From contig JBCNVD010000013.1 of assembly GCA_039630345.1 (NCBI GenBank), positions 1 through 17,417 of the forward strand: a stretch of 17,417 nt of DNA, written 5' to 3'. Source of the stretch: Aquificaceae bacterium. Its GTDB lineage: Bacteria > Aquificota > Aquificia > Aquificales > Aquificaceae. Position 1 is the first letter of the stretch; each line of letters opens with the position of its first letter. The position numbers and the translations under genes are program-made. Below, one piece after another: positions 14,304 through 17,417 of the stretch. The notes beneath the pieces are model-generated. The model ran no database searches. It was not told the DNA's origin and saw only the letters and a program-made list of their open reading frames with translations.

Positions 14304-15565
14304 AAGATAGACTGAGCCTGGTAAATTTTGGAGACCTTAAACAGCTTGTTTTATTTGTATTGATTGTATTTGTAAGTCTTTGGAGAGTTGAGAAAGAGAG
14401 GAGTTATCTCTGGGATGAAGACCTTGGCGAGGGTTCTGTTCATGTGGTGCTTGAATCAACCCCTAGGCTAGAGGAAGGTTCAATAAAAGTAATGGTAAAA
14501 ATAGTGGGCGGAGACTTCCCGGAAATCTACGATAAGCGCGGAAAACTCACCTTAATTGCAACAGAAAATGTCCCCTCAAGGTCTTTTATAGTAAATGCCA
14601 AAGTTAAAGTAAAGCATGGATTTGTGTTTTTAAGTGCAAATTACAGAGACATTGAGAAGGTTATATTTCAGGAACCATCTTTAAGAGATAGATACATAAA
14701 GCGCGCAATGGCGAAGATTGAAAACCCTGAAGTAGAGGGTCTTGTCCTGACTTACCTCTTTGGAGAGAGCGCAGAGGGACTATCGCAGGACATACAGGCA
14801 GCTTTTTATAAAACCGGTCTGGTCCATATGCTGGTGATTTCAGGCTTTCATGTAGGGATGATATTTATGATCTTGAGAGTAGGTGCGCCCCAGCCTTTTG
14901 GTAGTATCATAGGCATAATCGGCATTGTCCTCTATGTGTGGCTTTTAGTGCCCCATAACCCACCTGTTTTGAGAGCAACTGCCATGATACTTCTTTTTAT
15001 AGCTGTAAAACTTCTTCAAGGGATGCCAAATTCCCTCTCTATACTGCTGTTCTCGGGTAGTTTATTGCTATTAATTTCCCCAGAGTTTGTAATTTCTTAT
15101 TCTTTCTGGCTGTCTTTCTGGGCAACTCTTTATATAATCCTGGCTCTTAGAAACTTTAAAAAAGAGCAGGATATTGCAGACTCTTTCCTGATAGCGCCTG
15201 CATGGGTTTCGCTATTTGCCTTTCTCGGCGTAACCCCTCTATTACTTACATTTTCAAACACCAGTATGGGCAGTATAATCTTTAGTCCAATAGTTGGATA
15301 TCTGTTTTTTCCTTTCACAGCTTATGGAGTTCTTGAGCTGATAACATTTTTCTCACTGCCAACTTTTCCGCTTGAGTGGAATGGAATAGTGGTTCTCAAA
15401 CTCGTAGAACTCCTTTCTATGCTTGACCTTAGACTCTGGAAAGGCATGTCTCTTGTAGCAGCAATTATGTGCCTGATTTTTAACTCAATTATTATTTACT
15501 TTGCAAGAGGATTTGAAAAGCTAATAGCCATCCCTGTTTTTATCATCTTTTTGATATTTGGTTAA
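14282..15565 (+). CDS. comEC: ComEC/Rec2-family DNA uptake channel (core competence domain, no C-terminal beta-lactamase-like domain)
   Basis: F-x2-TGLVHMLVISGFHV, P-x2-RA-x2-M and SFWLSF-x-A motifs; multiple TM helices. Confidence 0.92.
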   Translation: MQPQDFIKDRLSLVNFGDLKQLVLFVLIVFVSLWRVEKERSYLWDEDLGEGSVHVVLESTPRLEEGSIKVMVKIVGGDFPEIYDKRGKLTLIATENVPSRSFIVNAKVKVKHGFVFLSANYRDIEKVIFQEPSLRDRYIKRAMAKIENPEVEGLVLTYLFGESAEGLSQDIQAAFYKTGLVHMLVISGFHVGMIFMILRVGAPQPFGSIIGIIGIVLYVWLLVPHNPPVLRATAMILLFIAVKLLQGMPNSLSILLFSGSLLLLISPEFVISYSFWLSFWATLYIILALRNFKKEQDIADSFLIAPAWVSLFAFLGVTPLLLTFSNTSMGSIIFSPIVGYLFFPFTAYGVLELITFFSLPTFPLEWNGIVVLKLVELLSMLDLRLWKGMSLVAAIMCLIFNSIIIYFARGFEKLIAIPVFIIFLIFG

Positions 15566-16151
15566 AGCCGTGGAGTATGTGCTTTTGCCAGTTTTAGCCT
15601 ACTTGGCTGGTTCTGTGCTTTTTGCAAAGCAGGTCGCCTCCTTAAAGGGAGTAGATCTTACTAAAGTCGGTAGCAAAAACCCGGGTGCTACTAATGTTTC
15701 GCGCGCGCTTGGGTTTCGATGGGGGTTTGTTGTGTTTGTGCTGGATGCCCTCAAAGGTGCAATACCGGCACTTTTTGCAAAGGAATATTACGGCTCTGAG
15801 TCTATTGTCTATGCTCTAACGATTATAGCTAGCGTCCTGGGTCATAACTTTCCAGTTTTTTATAGCTTCAGAGGAGGAAAGGGGGTCGCAACAGCATCCG
15901 GGATTGCAATGGTTTTATCCCCATTTGCCAGTTTGATAAGCATCATTATATGGATATTAGTCTTTTGGAAAACCAGAATAGTATCGGTGGCTTCCATAAG
16001 CGCAACTATCGTGTTTATCCTGGTCTGTTTCTTGATAAAAGTTCCAACAAATGCCTTGATTGCAAGCACTTTTATAGGACTTTTGATTATAGTTAGGCAT
16101 TACCAAAACATTAAAAGACTATTAAAAGGACAGGAACATCAATTTCGTTAA
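15558..16151 (+). CDS. plsY: Glycerol-3-phosphate acyltransferase PlsY (start TTG 15558 or GTG 15570)
   Basis: AYLAGS, GSKNPGATN-x2-R, DALKG, GHNFP-x4-FRGGKGVAT, VSVAS, RH-x2-NI-x-RL-x2-G-x-E. Confidence 0.97.
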   Translation: MVKAVEYVLLPVLAYLAGSVLFAKQVASLKGVDLTKVGSKNPGATNVSRALGFRWGFVVFVLDALKGAIPALFAKEYYGSESIVYALTIIASVLGHNFPVFYSFRGGKGVATASGIAMVLSPFASLISIIIWILVFWKTRIVSVASISATIVFILVCFLIKVPTNALIASTFIGLLIIVRHYQNIKRLLKGQEHQFR

Positions 16152-17417
16152 ATGAGAAAAGTTTTAATCTTCCTTGCCGTAATTTATACATTCAGAATAC
16201 TTCATATACTGTTCTATCCTTTTGATTTAACGCCAGAAGAAGCTCAATACTGGGATTGGTCAAGACACCTTGACATTAGCTACTATTCAAAACCCCCGAT
16301 GGTAGCTTATCTAAATGCAATATCCAGTGCAATTTTAGGAATTAGTGAGTTAGGAGTAAGAATTGTGCCACTTATTTTGTCTTTTCTCCTTTCAATATTT
16401 AGCTTCCTCTACATTAAAAACACTATAGGAGAAGACTTAGCCCTAAGATTTGTAATAATATCACAGCTAAGTATTGGATTTTCACTAAATTCAATACTTG
16501 CAACAACAGATGCACCGCTTTTGTTTTTTTGGGTGCTTGGTCTATTTGCTATAAACTCTGCGATAAATTACGGGCAACTGTGGCGATGGGTTTTATCAGG
16601 CTCGGTTTTCGGGCTTGCTTTCCTGAGTAAATTCAGTGCAGTGCTGTGGATTTTTTGCATAGGTCTTTTTGCCATTGCGCGAAGGCGCGATTTAATAAAA
16701 AAACCAGGGCTTTATGTCTCTCTAGTTGTATTTGGAGTTTTTACCCTGCCGGTAATTTTCTGGAATATAAAGCATGATTTTGTGTCTTTTAGACATGTTT
16801 CAGCTCTTGCCAGCAAAGAAAGCAGCATGAGTATATATAGCCCGGCCGAGTTTGTTTTGTCTCAGGCACTGATTATGTCTATAGTGCCATTTTTCTTGAT
16901 GACTTATGGTTTTATAAAGCTTTTTAAAGATAAAAGATTCGAGGTTTTTATATTTTTCTCGGCGCCGGTTTTTTTGTTTTTCTTTGCGCTATCTGTGTTT
17001 ACAAAAGTTGAAGCAAACTGGGCAGGACCGGCACTTGCAGGCGGATTTTTAATAGCCAGCTATTTCATAAAAGGTTTAAATATGTGGATTTATGCTACTT
17101 TAAGCGTCACAATCTTGGCAATTATCCACTTTACCCCACTTCTTGACAAAATAGGACTTGGTAAAATTCTACCCCCGGAGAGAGACCCTGCCAAAGTTGG
17201 CATAGGCTGGAAGTCTTTGGGAGATGTTGTTTCGAGTATAAGAACCGATAAAGAGCCGATTTTGACCCCACATTATCAGATTGCAGCCCAGCTGGCTTTT
17301 TATGTTAAGTCAAATCCGAGAACTAATTGCATAAACTTAGGGAGGCGAATGAACCAGTACGACCTTTGGGAGAAAAATTACAAAGGCAACGCTATATTTG
17401 TCGATAACAAACCAATC
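16152..17417 (+). CDS. ArnT/PMT-like (GT-C fold) membrane glycosyltransferase; 3' end beyond the window
   Basis: Not in the ORF track; ATG at 16152 right after the plsY TAA; hand translation MRKVLIF...PEEAQYWDWSRHLDISYYSKPPMVA...TTDAPLLFFW...GLAFLSKF...P-x3-WN...EANW...NQYDLW, open to the window end. Confidence 0.9.
   Translation, partial: MRKVLIFLAVIYTFRILHILFYPFDLTPEEAQYWDWSRHLDISYYSKPPMVAYLNAISSAILGISELGVRIVPLILSFLLSIFSFLYIKNTIGEDLALRFVIISQLSIGFSLNSILATTDAPLLFFWVLGLFAINSAINYGQLWRWVLSGSVFGLAFLSKFSAVLWIFCIGLFAIARRRDLIKKPGLYVSLVVFGVFTLPVIFWNIKHDFVSFRHVSALASKESSMSIYSPAEFVLSQALIMSIVPFFLMTYGFIKLFKDKRFEVFIFFSAPVFLFFFALSVFTKVEANWAGPALAGGFLIASYFIKGLNMWIYATLSVTILAIIHFTPLLDKIGLGKILPPERDPAKVGIGWKSLGDVVSSIRTDKEPILTPHYQIAAQLAFYVKSNPRTNCINLGRRMNQYDLWEKNYKGNAIFVDNKPI

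Noticed and set aside
9233..16069. Short ORFs 9233-9436, 10587-10865, 11621-11803, 12103-12354, 12128-12313, 13628-13915, 14042-14287, 15130-15318, 15860-16069
   Set aside because: Antisense shadows of conserved genes with no family motifs.
1..17417. tRNA/rRNA genes, CRISPR arrays, IS elements, prophage or defence genes
   Set aside because: The largest intergenic gap is about 93 bp, and no repeat-spacer pattern, cloverleaf, transposase or integrase motif was seen.

Overview
Gene-dense bacterial chromosome segment, almost certainly Aquificota (Aquificaceae-like). Hfq, the thioredoxin-fold [2Fe-2S] ferredoxin and the biotin carboxylase closely resemble Aquifex/Hydrogenobacter proteins as I recall them. 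There are four blocks. (1) Minus strand 7874->1: TonB-dependent receptor, exbB, exbD, tonB, phoD, ZnuA-like binding protein, ZnuC-like ATPase (no permease), OsmC-family protein and a CfiB/PycA-type biotin carboxylase that runs off the window. (2) Plus strand: ADP-ribosylglycohydrolase-family gene then hfq. (3) Minus strand 12322->9151: LipS2-like radical SAM enzyme, FUN14 protein, FadL-family porin and [2Fe-2S] ferredoxin. (4) Plus strand: proC, yfiH/pgeF, UbiE-like methyltransferase, comEC, plsY and an ArnT-like glycosyltransferase that runs off the window. No RNA genes, mobile elements or CRISPR arrays were seen. The best leads are the possible lipoate/sulfur module in block 3, anti-Shine-Dalgarno elements in front of both fadL and the ferredoxin next to hfq, and a self-contained TonB-PhoD-metal uptake locus with an oppositely oriented terminator and no permease. 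All product calls come from motif recognition, not database searches.
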